From Candidatus Bathyarchaeum tardum (GTDB taxonomy: Archaea > Thermoproteota > Bathyarchaeia > Bathyarchaeales > Bathyarchaeaceae), in contig CP122380.1 of assembly GCA_024650005.2 (NCBI GenBank), positions 256,001 through 320,000 on the forward strand: a DNA stretch of 64,000 nt. The letters are read 5' to 3'. The notes beneath the pieces are model-generated. The model did no database searches. It worked only from the letters and a program-made list of their open reading frames with translations, and was not told where the DNA came from. A program made the position numbers and the translations under genes. Position 1 is the stretch's first letter. Every line of letters begins with the position of its first letter. Below, piece by piece: positions 48,825 through 58,380 of this stretch.

Positions 48825-50414
48825 ATGAATTTAAGAAGACCAAACGCAGACGAAGCAACAGCTACATTCAACCGCTCAAAGAGCGTTGCCCCCATGTCTG
48901 GCATCTGTTCGCGATGTGTTGATGGATGCAAAGGCGGTTGTGAAATATGGTTATCATCCTTTAGAGGCCGAGAGGTGCTCTATCCTGGACCCTTTGGAGA
49001 CGTAACTGCAGGAGCAGACAAAAATTACCCCGTAGACTACTCTCACTTGAACATTCAAGGATACGCCAGAGGTGCAAAAGGACTTCCCGAAGGTGTTGAA
49101 GCAGACCCTGACACTGCACTGTTTCCCAACGTTGACACAGAAACAGAATACGGTTGGACAAAAAAAGTCAAAATGCGCGTCCCGATATTCACTGGCGCAT
49201 TAGGTTCAACCGAAATTGCCCGAAAAAACTGGGAACACTTTGCAATCGGAGCAGCAATCTCAGGAATCACCCTTGTTTGTGGAGAAAACGTTTGTGGAAT
49301 TGATCCTGAACTAGTCCTAGACAGCAACGGAAAAATAACCAAAGCCCCAGAAATGGACCGCCGAATCGAAATCTATAGAAAATTCCACGAAGGATACGGT
49401 GAACTATTAGTTCAAATGAACGTCGAAGATACACGCTTCGGAGTAGCCGAGTACGTGTCCTCAAAACACAACTTGGATACAATTGAACTCAAATGGGGAC
49501 AAGGTGCAAAATGCATTGGTGGAGAAATCAAAGTAAAATCTTTGAAACGAGCAGTAGAACTCAAAAGACGAGGCTACGTAGTTTCACCTGACCCTACTCT
49601 AACTGAAAACCAAATCGCATTCAATGAAGGCGCAATAAAAGAATTTGAACGCCACTCACGTCTAGGTTTTGTAACCAAAGAAGCATTTCTCGAAGAAGTT
49701 GACCGCCTTCGAGGATTAGGTTTCAAACGAATAACCTTGAAAACAGGTGCATACTCTGCTTTGGAACTGGCAATGGCCCTACGTTTTGGTGCAGAAGCAA
49801 AACTTGACCTCCTCACAATAGACGGCGCACCTGGAGGCACAGGCATGAGTCCATGGCCAATGATGAACGAATGGGGAATTCCAACATTTTACCTACAGGC
49901 TCTTACATACAGGTTCACTCAAAAACTCAAAGCAAGAGGCATGCGAGTTCCAGACCTTGCAATGGCTGGTGGATTCTCATCTGAAGATGGTGTATTCAAA
50001 GCACTTGCAATGGGAAGCCCAGACGTGAAAGCAGTATGTATGGGACGAGGCTTAATGATACCCGGAATGGTCGGAAAGAACATTGACCACTGGCTGAAAG
50101 AGGGTAGCTTGCCCACGTCAGTTTCTAAATATGGCAATTCCGTTAACGAAATCTTTGTTGCCTATGCAGAACTTACTGAAAAATTCGGTGCAGACATGAA
50201 GAACATACCTTTAGGCGCTGTTGCTATCTACACATATTGCCAAAAATTCAAAGTTGGACTACAACAACTAATGGCTGGAAGCAGAAACTTCAAGCTCTCA
50301 ACAATAAGCCGCAAAGACCTGATGGCTCTAACTGAAGAAGCATCAAAGATTTCAGGCATTCCATACGTCATGGACGCCTACGGCGAAGAAGCAAACAAAG
50401 TCTTAGAAGAATAA
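48825..50414 (+). CDS. FMN-binding glutamate synthase family protein
   Basis: CSRC.DGC...C, IELKWGQGAK, TIDGAPGGTG, MAGG, CMGR. Confidence 0.88.
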   Translation: MNLRRPNADEATATFNRSKSVAPMSGICSRCVDGCKGGCEIWLSSFRGREVLYPGPFGDVTAGADKNYPVDYSHLNIQGYARGAKGLPEGVEADPDTALFPNVDTETEYGWTKKVKMRVPIFTGALGSTEIARKNWEHFAIGAAISGITLVCGENVCGIDPELVLDSNGKITKAPEMDRRIEIYRKFHEGYGELLVQMNVEDTRFGVAEYVSSKHNLDTIELKWGQGAKCIGGEIKVKSLKRAVELKRRGYVVSPDPTLTENQIAFNEGAIKEFERHSRLGFVTKEAFLEEVDRLRGLGFKRITLKTGAYSALELAMALRFGAEAKLDLLTIDGAPGGTGMSPWPMMNEWGIPTFYLQALTYRFTQKLKARGMRVPDLAMAGGFSSEDGVFKALAMGSPDVKAVCMGRGLMIPGMVGKNIDHWLKEGSLPTSVSKYGNSVNEIFVAYAELTEKFGADMKNIPLGAVAIYTYCQKFKVGLQQLMAGSRNFKLSTISRKDLMALTEEASKISGIPYVMDAYGEEANKVLEE

Positions 50415-50542
50415 GGGACTAAAAATCCCTTTTTCTACTTTTATTTTTTTTGTAAAATTTTTTAATTCATTATTGTATTATTTTTCGCTGTTCCACAAAG
50501 GATATTACTGCTTATTCTCAGTTATTTTCAGGGAGACTAAAA

Positions 50543-51124
50543 ATGGACAGAAAATGGATTGCTGTAATTGTAATCACACTCGCTGTTGTTGTGGTTGGAG
50601 TTATTTTCGCTGCACTATATTATGGAACTTACAATAATTTAGTAAACCTTGAAGTAGATGTGGACCAAAAATGGGCTGATGTTGAAGCTGTTCTACAAAG
50701 AAGATTTGACTTAATTCCTAATGTTGTGGATTCTGCTAAGCTTTACATCGAATATGAAGGATCCATTCTCGAAAACATAACAATGCTAAGAAGTCAATGG
50801 GCACAAGCACAAGCAACTGGTGATGAAAATGCGGTAGTTGATGTATCGAATGACCTTGATGCTGGAATATCCCAATTTATTATTGTTGTTGAAGCTTACC
50901 CCGATTTGAAAGCTTCGGGAATTGTACAAGACTTGATTATAGAACTTGAAGGCTCAGAAAACAGGATTGCCACAGAACGTATACGATACAACAGCGCAGT
51001 AAGTGAATTCAACAGTGCACGAAGAGTTTTTCCTGCTAACATTTGGGCATCAGGCTGGGGCTTTGAAGCTAGAGAATTCTTTGAAGCTTCCAATGATGTG
51101 TATACTCCTCCATCAGTACAATAA
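50543..51124 (+). CDS. lemA: LemA family protein
   Basis: YNNLV, LQRRFDLIPN, EAYPDLKA, ENRIA.ER.RYN, FPAN. Confidence 0.93.
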   Translation: MDRKWIAVIVITLAVVVVGVIFAALYYGTYNNLVNLEVDVDQKWADVEAVLQRRFDLIPNVVDSAKLYIEYEGSILENITMLRSQWAQAQATGDENAVVDVSNDLDAGISQFIIVVEAYPDLKASGIVQDLIIELEGSENRIATERIRYNSAVSEFNSARRVFPANIWASGWGFEAREFFEASNDVYTPPSVQ

Positions 51125-51153
51125 ATGATACTATCGAGTCCCGAGGCGGTCTT

Positions 51154-51960
51154 GTGCGCAATATTCCACAAATCATTCTTTTTTCTTTTTTGTCAGTGAC
51201 GATTTTAGTTAGTTTTTTTGTTGTAATCCCAACGGCAGTCCTGCCCGTTAACGGTCAGGTGATTTCAGATGATTGGAAAGGTTACCTTGAATCTTATCTT
51301 CTTGAAGTTGATGAAAACACTACTGCTGAGATAGTAATCTATGTTTTGGACTCTTTGTATGGGCACGGAATAATGAAAGATGGTGTCGAAATTAACGACA
51401 AAGTCCAACTTGGTGTGTATATCTTCAATGAGTTGGAACTAGACACACCTTATGGTTCTGTGGTGGGACTCGGAAAGGCTGAAAAAAACAACGGGATTCT
51501 GATTCTTGTTGCAATGCAAGACCGGGAATGGAGAATTGAAATTGGGTACGGATTGGAAGGTTACATAACAGATGTAGAATCATATAGAATAGCAAATTCA
51601 ACTTTGGTTCCCAAATTTCAAAAAGGTCTTTATGGTGAAGGTTTTGCGGACCTTGTTTATGCTCTTGCTCAAGAGATACCTAGTGTAAACGAATCTGAAC
51701 GAATGTCAACCCGAGGACGATACGTGTACGACGGCGCACAGTCCTCCCAAGCGTATGATAATGAAGAAACCCCATGGTGGGTTATTGTGATTATAGTAAT
51801 CTTTGTGCTCATAATGATTAAGTATGGTGGCTATTTTGGTGGCCTCGGACGAGGCAGACGCCACGGAGGCTGGGGAGGCGGCTATGGCGGTGGTGGTGGC
51901 TCTGGAGGGGGCGGAGGCGGTGGAGGCTCAGGTGGAGGCGGCTCCGGTGGAGGCTGGTAA
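51154..51960 (+). CDS. TPM-domain protein with Gly-rich C-terminal tail
   Basis: G..KNNGILILVA..DR..RIEIGYGLEG..TD, TM, GGGG..GGGG..GGW; usual LemA partner. Confidence 0.9.
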   Translation: MRNIPQIILFSFLSVTILVSFFVVIPTAVLPVNGQVISDDWKGYLESYLLEVDENTTAEIVIYVLDSLYGHGIMKDGVEINDKVQLGVYIFNELELDTPYGSVVGLGKAEKNNGILILVAMQDREWRIEIGYGLEGYITDVESYRIANSTLVPKFQKGLYGEGFADLVYALAQEIPSVNESERMSTRGRYVYDGAQSSQAYDNEETPWWVIVIIVIFVLIMIKYGGYFGGLGRGRRHGGWGGGYGGGGGSGGGGGGGGSGGGGSGGGW

Positions 51961-51978
51961 GCCTCTTTAAAACATGCC

Positions 51979-52788
51979 TTATTCCATTGGAACCAGTTTT
52001 ATTTCAAATAGTTTGGACCAAAACTTTCCAGTAACAAAGAACCTGTTTTCGTTTTGGTCGTAGGCAATTCCGTTGAGCACATCACGGCTTGTTTGATTAA
52101 CTAAATCTTTGAGACCTGTTAGGTCAATCTGTCCTGTGACGTTTCCGGTTTTGGGGTTGATTATTACGATTGTATCTTCTTGCCAAATGTTAGCGTAAAT
52201 GCTTCCGTTGATGTATTCGAGTTCATTGAGCATCGTTACGGGACCTTCTTCGTTGTATACGTCAATTTGATTTATGATTTCAAAGGTTTGGGGGTCCAAA
52301 AAATTCAGAGTTGATGTCCCATTACTCATTATTAACATACTGCCATTATGAGTTAATCCCCAACCTTCAGTTGTGTAATTGAAAGTTCGTAATAATTCAA
52401 AAGTGGTTTTATTGTAAACAAAGCCGATATTTGACGTCCAAGTTAGTTGAATAATTTCGTCTTTGAAAACGGTTATTCCTTCACCAAATAAATTATTAGA
52501 AAGCGAAATTTGTTGTTTTACTTCTCCAGTTTCTATGTCTACCCGACGGAGTGTTGAATGTCCTTCAAGTCCAGTTCCTTCATACAAAATTCCATCTTCA
52601 ATGACCAGACCTTGTGTGAATGCTGATTCGTCATGTGGGTAACTGTTTATGATTTCATATGTGTGATAAAATGCTTCTTGGGGTTCCGACGGTTCATTGA
52701 TTGTGTTATTATGTAAAATAAACGCAATAGAAAAAACTGCTACTACAACCAAAAAAGTAACAATAACTATGCTGTTCTGTCGTTTCAT
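51979..52788 (-). CDS. Glutaminyl-peptide cyclotransferase
   Basis: PHD..AFTQGL, EGTG, FGEGIT, QLTW, EGWGLT, LNELEY, VLNGIAYD, TGK.W. Confidence 0.93.
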   Translation of the reverse strand: MKRQNSIVIVTFLVVVAVFSIAFILHNNTINEPSEPQEAFYHTYEIINSYPHDESAFTQGLVIEDGILYEGTGLEGHSTLRRVDIETGEVKQQISLSNNLFGEGITVFKDEIIQLTWTSNIGFVYNKTTFELLRTFNYTTEGWGLTHNGSMLIMSNGTSTLNFLDPQTFEIINQIDVYNEEGPVTMLNELEYINGSIYANIWQEDTIVIINPKTGNVTGQIDLTGLKDLVNQTSRDVLNGIAYDQNENRFFVTGKFWSKLFEIKLVPME

Positions 52789-52968
52789 TGAAATCTACAG
52801 TAATTTCTGGGTTTTGTTCTTTTAACCTTTGATACACAATTTTTGTTCGGTGCTTCCATAGTAACTGAAACAACCTTAATGCCTTGGGTGAAATGCATTT
52901 CAATTAACAATGTTTTTCTGGGTTTTCACTTTTTTGCTCAATATTCAAGTAAAAGTAACCAAAAATTT

Positions 52969-54255
52969 CTATATGGCAAGCTCATTTTCTTCCAAAAACT
53001 TTCTAACTTTTTCGTAAGCTGTTATTCGTTCTGAGGCAGTAAAATCTGAAGTTTCAAACACTGGGTACGCTCCTGAAACATCATCGACCGGCCAGTCCAG
53101 CAGTTCTTCTTGATCATAATTTAACCATCTACCATTTTGTTCGACCCAATCCCAAAACTTTGTTCCAAAAATTGGAGTCGCCATGCTCAAATGAACACCA
53201 TCAACATTGGTTTTTTTAACAAAATCTATGAGTTTGTCTGCAGATTTGGTGTTGTCCCCAGGGTTTCCAATCATCAAAAATGCGTTGGCTTGTATTCCAG
53301 ATTTTTGAGCTGTTTTTATTGCATTTTCTATTTGCTGCATGGTTACTCCTTTATTTATTAACAAATTCACTTCGGGGTCAACTGATTCAACGCCAAAATT
53401 GATTGCAGTACATCCTGCTTTCTTTAGCTTGGATGCTAACTCATTGGTCATGTGGTCAGCTCTTAATCCATTCCAGAAATAGATATCTAGATTCCAATTT
53501 TTTGCGATTATGCCTTCTAGAATCTTTATTGCACGTTTCAAATCAACTGTAAAATTGTCATCAAGAACACTCAAAATTGAAATTCCGTGTTCGTTCAGTA
53601 GTTGTTCAATTTCTTCCAGAACATATTCTGGACTGTGACCCCGCCATAATCTTCCAAAAACTGGTCTGCTACAAAAAATGCACTGATGAGGACAGCCCCG
53701 GGAAGTAAATATGACACCGGCGTTTTCTTTGTATAACTCCATTTTTAGTTCTTCTCGAGCAGGATGCGGAATTTTGTCTAGTGGACTGATGGGTTTGGAT
53801 AGAATGTTATTTTTGATTTTGTTTGAATTTCTGAACGTTAATCCTTCAACAGAGTTTAGATTGTTTTGGGTTTGTAATTGTTTGACTAATTCAAGGAACG
53901 TGTTTTCTGCCTCTCCCCTGAGTAAGGCATCGATTTCTTTGTGTCGGGTTAAAATACTGGATTCTATCATGCTTGCGTATGGACCGCCCATTACTACAAA
54001 ACTTTCAGGAAGAACATGTTTTGTTTGCTTGGCAATCTCAAGTGCATGCCGAGCATTTGTAACAATAGAAGAAATCCCAACAATCTCTGGTTTTTCACGC
54101 GCTAGATATCTGCTAAGATTTATGTTTTCGACGTTTAAATCAATGATTTGGGTTTCAATTTCATGATTTTTTAGTACAGCTGTTAGATATGCTAATCCAA
54201 GAGGTGGTACTTTCAAACATTTGTTTCCAGGAGGATGAATTAGAGCAACTTTCAT
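52969..54255 (-). CDS. Cobalamin-dependent radical SAM protein
   Basis: PPLGLAYL B12-binding domain, GGP, GEAE, SRGCPHQCIFC, GVES. Confidence 0.92.
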   Translation of the reverse strand: MKVALIHPPGNKCLKVPPLGLAYLTAVLKNHEIETQIIDLNVENINLSRYLAREKPEIVGISSIVTNARHALEIAKQTKHVLPESFVVMGGPYASMIESSILTRHKEIDALLRGEAENTFLELVKQLQTQNNLNSVEGLTFRNSNKIKNNILSKPISPLDKIPHPAREELKMELYKENAGVIFTSRGCPHQCIFCSRPVFGRLWRGHSPEYVLEEIEQLLNEHGISILSVLDDNFTVDLKRAIKILEGIIAKNWNLDIYFWNGLRADHMTNELASKLKKAGCTAINFGVESVDPEVNLLINKGVTMQQIENAIKTAQKSGIQANAFLMIGNPGDNTKSADKLIDFVKKTNVDGVHLSMATPIFGTKFWDWVEQNGRWLNYDQEELLDWPVDDVSGAYPVFETSDFTASERITAYEKVRKFLEENELAI

Positions 54256-54593
54256 AGTAATAACGCCGCTATTGACTGAATAACAGATATTCGGTTTTTA
54301 ATTAAAAACTATGCACGGAGGGACAAGTTTCCTGTGTTTTTGGTAAAATTGTCTCTTGATACAACGGCATGTTTTTGCGCCCCAAAAACGTTAAAAGTAA
54401 ATTATCACCAATATAATTTGGGCAATATCTAAAATATATTAAAAAATCAGTTGAATTGAATACGAATATAAAAATATGGCAAATAATAGGAAACTTGCGG
54501 TCTCATAAATATTCGTTGCTGATCTAGGAATTAATTTCTCTGCGAACAATTTTAGATAGAACCTAGAAAATTAGTTGGGAAGCAGGGGATAAA

Positions 54594-54869
54594 ATGAAAA
54601 TAAAAACTGTTTTGTTAATGCTTGTTGGGGGAGTAATTCTTGCATTAATGTCTGCATTATATTCACAAGATATGACTGTGGGCTTGGGTGCAACAATAAC
54701 CGGGTATGGTTTACCTTGGTTATGGCTGGAAAAAGTGACCACTATTGTACCCGGAAGCCCTGAAACTTTCTCTTTGTATGGGTCGGGGTTGAATTTATTG
54801 GGTGATATTGCATTTTGGAGCATCATTGTCGCGGTGACATATTTTGTGTATCTACAAATCAAAAGCTGA
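54594..54869 (+). CDS. Small membrane protein
   Basis: TM, GYGLP..WL, GDIAFW TM. Confidence 0.6.
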   Translation: MKIKTVLLMLVGGVILALMSALYSQDMTVGLGATITGYGLPWLWLEKVTTIVPGSPETFSLYGSGLNLLGDIAFWSIIVAVTYFVYLQIKS

Positions 54870-55099
54870 ACATTACGTTAGCTGATTATGAAAAAACAAC
54901 CCTTTAACTTCTGCACGGTTTAGCTGAATACTGGATTAAACGGATGAAATGTGCCTCAATTGTCGTCAAAACACCAAATGATCAGTTCTGAGTAACGAGA
55001 TTTTTTTCAAATCAAAAATATTGAAAATAAAAAAATGAAAATATGGTTGGGTCCACAAGAGTGAACCCTAACTTGTGTTCAAATTGTGGTGCTGCTTGG

Positions 55100-56206
55100 C
55101 TATTTCCACGGTAGTTTGAATCGCCCTGTTGCAGATTTCTTTTTCTGGGCTTTAAGGAATGCACTGTCTACTCCAGTTATGACCACCATGACGTTGGCTT
55201 TGCCTTCTAGTTCGGGGTCAACTTTTGCTCCCCAAATGACTGGCGAGTTTGGTGGCATGTATCGTTTGATTAGTTCTCCTCCACGGTGAACTTCTTCTAG
55301 GGTCATGTCTTCTCCACCGGAGATGTGTATCAGCACACCCTTAGCCTTTGTGATGTCTTCAACATCAAGCAAGCGTTCATTCAAAGCGCGTTCAACAGCA
55401 TGTTCAACTTTTCCTTCACCAAAGCCTTGACCAATTCCAATTGAAGCGATACCCGCTTCGTGCATGATTGTTCTCAAATCTGCATAGTCGAGGTTAATTA
55501 AGCTCGCACAAGTGATGGTTTCAGTGACTCCTTTGACGAATTTTCCAATAGTTGTGTTAGCTACACCTAAGGCTTCTTTGAATGGCAGATTACCTGCAAT
55601 GTGATTTAGTCTGTCGTTGTCAATAATAACCACAGTATCACAGTACTGTTTTAGTTCCTGAATTGCAGATTTTGCTGCTTTCATTCTTGCAGTTTCAATC
55701 TGGAATGGAAGAGTTGCCACACCTACGAGCAAACGTGGAACCGGGTCGTTTTCAAATTTTGCTTTTAATTCTTTTGCGAGTTGAACAATACCTCCAGTTC
55801 CGGTTCCTCCACCTAAACCTGCTATGAGGAACAAAATGTTAGAGTTTCCAACTTCCGTGAAGACTTCTTCAATGCTTTCATGCATTGCTACTTCTCCTAC
55901 TTTTGCGTAACCTCCACATCCAAGACCTTTGCATGTGTTTTCTCCGATTAAGATTCGATTGTCAGCTTTGCTGATGGTCAGGTGTACTGCATCTGTGTTT
56001 ACAGAGATGAGTCTTCCGCCGGTTACACCTTCGTCTTTTACCCAAGAAATGATGTTGCATCCTGCTCCACCAATGCCTACCGCCATGACGGAAGGTTTTG
56101 AGTTTGCAGCGTATTTTTCTAATTTTTCTTGGTCTGCAAGCACGTTTGCTCGTGCAAGCATTAGTTGTCTTTCTAACTCCTTAACTTGATTTATTTGATC
56201 TGACAT
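55100..56206 (-). CDS. ftsZ: Cell division protein FtsZ
   Basis: GIGGAGCN, NTD, GLGGGTGTG, LINLDYADLR, IWGA. Confidence 0.95.
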   Translation of the reverse strand: MSDQINQVKELERQLMLARANVLADQEKLEKYAANSKPSVMAVGIGGAGCNIISWVKDEGVTGGRLISVNTDAVHLTISKADNRILIGENTCKGLGCGGYAKVGEVAMHESIEEVFTEVGNSNILFLIAGLGGGTGTGGIVQLAKELKAKFENDPVPRLLVGVATLPFQIETARMKAAKSAIQELKQYCDTVVIIDNDRLNHIAGNLPFKEALGVANTTIGKFVKGVTETITCASLINLDYADLRTIMHEAGIASIGIGQGFGEGKVEHAVERALNERLLDVEDITKAKGVLIHISGGEDMTLEEVHRGGELIKRYMPPNSPVIWGAKVDPELEGKANVMVVITGVDSAFLKAQKKKSATGRFKLPWK

Positions 56207-56426
56207 TCTTTATTCCCACCCAAGGTCAATTTCTATTCACTTTTCTTATAATTATCTAAATATGATATAACTATTATGGCATAGTATTTCGAATGATAAA
56301 TAATTATTTAAAATCAATGTATAAAATCCGGATATTTAATTCAAATTATTGTTTATACTATATTTCGAAATCGGCATATTGCTTATATTTTCAAGGAACG
56401 CTGGAACGCCTAGAGGATACGTGATT

Positions 56427-56840
56427 ATGGAAAATCTGGACATGATGAAGGACTTTGCAAGTACCTTTGTAGGCGATGATTTCTATCTAATCATCAAATC
56501 CAATGCTACGAGTGTTTTAGTTCACACCGTTGAGATCATACAAAAAATCGACGAATCCTGTCAATTCAAAGACATCCCCATAGGTGGATATTTCTTCCGA
56601 ATCAAAGCAGTAGACCCAAACAACCAGCAAGCATACATTTTATGCAACTGGAGCGAACAACTTTTACAAAACCTGCTAACACAACGTGTTAAAGCAAAAG
56701 AAGCAGGTTATAACAAAATCATCATGACCAAAGAAACTGCACCTCATTCAAATGACTGGATTTTAATGTGGGGCGACGAATCAGAAATCCGCAAAAAAGA
56801 AATGATCGAAAAAGCTTCCCACTTAAAATACATCTATTAG
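56427..56840 (+). CDS. Hypothetical protein divergent from ftsZ
   Basis: ATG after a GAGG-like RBS, typical host codon style. Confidence 0.65.
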   Translation: MENLDMMKDFASTFVGDDFYLIIKSNATSVLVHTVEIIQKIDESCQFKDIPIGGYFFRIKAVDPNNQQAYILCNWSEQLLQNLLTQRVKAKEAGYNKIIMTKETAPHSNDWILMWGDESEIRKKEMIEKASHLKYIY

Positions 56841-57258
56841 ACAAGTAATTTCATGTTTTCCATTTTTCAAGTTTAGACGTTTTTATTATTAACGCCAAAA
56901 CACGTTGGGGTATCATCAGCTTATGGAAACTTAACATGTTGACCTTGAAATCAAGAGTTAATTAGACATTATATTAAACCCACATTTTTCAATTGTTCAT
57001 ACCCAACAGCGGAAAGGTTCCCGTTTTTTCATGTGCTACAATAATATTTCCATAATGTGCAATTATTAAACCCTGATGTATAGATTACTGCTAAGGTATT
57101 TTTTAGATAAATTTTATTACAGAGATACCTTCTTTAGGGGTGTCATTATAGAAGAGCAAAGTGACATGTTGGGGACTACATGGGGTAAAAGATCAAATAC
57201 ACATGAGCAACACTGCTGCTCCGGGTTATGTGAAATGCACTTGAAAATAAAATAGTGA

Positions 57259-58380
57259 GTGTTTATTGGTATGCGGAAGCTAAAAATTGCTGTTCTGACC
57301 GAGTTTTTCCACCCTCACGTAGGTGGATGTGAGCGGCGGTTAATGGAAATTGGGCGAAGATTAGCTACCAAAGGTCATGACATCCATGTTTTTACAATCC
57401 AATACGACCGTAACTTGCCTAAGAAAGAAAAAATTAACGGCATAATCGTGCACCGGTATGCTCATTCAGAAAATTATGTTTCACTGGATGGCTTTCGTTC
57501 TTTTAGAGGCATTATGAAATACTCATTAATGTCTTTCGTACGATTGCTGGGCACAGATTACGATATTTATTATTTTAATCAGTGGCCAATGCTTCATTCT
57601 ATATTTGCAAAACCTGTAGCTGCTCCCCTAATTCAAGAGTGGTGCGAAGTTTGGACCAACTACACACAAGTAACTTTGATGCAAAAACTACTAAAATATG
57701 CAGGCGACTACCATGTTGCTGTTTCAGATTTTACAAGACAAAGACTATCAAAAATCATGAAGATTGATCCCTCAAAAAGTGTCTTGATTCCTAATGGCGT
57801 CGACTTTGCCAAGTTTAACAGTTCAAGACCCAAAGTTTGGGGGCGCATCGTCTACGCTGGTCGTGTAGTGCCCCATAAACATGTAAAGTTGCTAGTTAAC
57901 GCCTTTTCTGAAGTAAAAAAGAGAATACCCACAGCTGAATTACATATTATAGGCTCTGGTTCCAAACTTCAATCAGTAAAGAAAAGGGCCATGGACATCA
58001 AAGATTGCTATGTTCATGGGTTTCTCCCCGAAGATGAGATGATTGATTTATTAAAAAGCGCTTGGCTTTTTGTTTTGCCCAGCGAAAGAGAAGGCTCCGG
58101 CATTGTAGTCTTAGAGGCGATGGCATCTGGTGTACCCTTTGTTACCATTGATCATCCAGATAACGCCACAAAGGAACTGTGCCTTTTCAAATGCGGCCTT
58201 ACAGTAGAACCAAAGGAAACATCTATTGCAGAAGCAATTACTCAACTTTTTAACAATGAAGAGTTATGGAAGGAAATGCATACTAATGCTTTAAAATTTG
58301 CTAAAAAAAACGATTGGGACATAGTCACAAATTGTATGGAAGATTTTTTTGTCGAGGTAGTGAAAAATGCTAACAAATAG
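57259..58380 (+). CDS. Glycosyltransferase family 4
   Basis: P.VGG.E, IPNGVD, GR...HK, PS.REG.GIV.LEAMA.G. Confidence 0.93.
   Translation: MFIGMRKLKIAVLTEFFHPHVGGCERRLMEIGRRLATKGHDIHVFTIQYDRNLPKKEKINGIIVHRYAHSENYVSLDGFRSFRGIMKYSLMSFVRLLGTDYDIYYFNQWPMLHSIFAKPVAAPLIQEWCEVWTNYTQVTLMQKLLKYAGDYHVAVSDFTRQRLSKIMKIDPSKSVLIPNGVDFAKFNSSRPKVWGRIVYAGRVVPHKHVKLLVNAFSEVKKRIPTAELHIIGSGSKLQSVKKRAMDIKDCYVHGFLPEDEMIDLLKSAWLFVLPSEREGSGIVVLEAMASGVPFVTIDHPDNATKELCLFKCGLTVEPKETSIAEAITQLFNNEELWKEMHTNALKFAKKNDWDIVTNCMEDFFVEVVKNANK

Noticed and set aside
51838-51960. Very G-rich repeat-like stretch
   Set aside because: Encodes the normal Gly-rich tail of the TPM-domain protein
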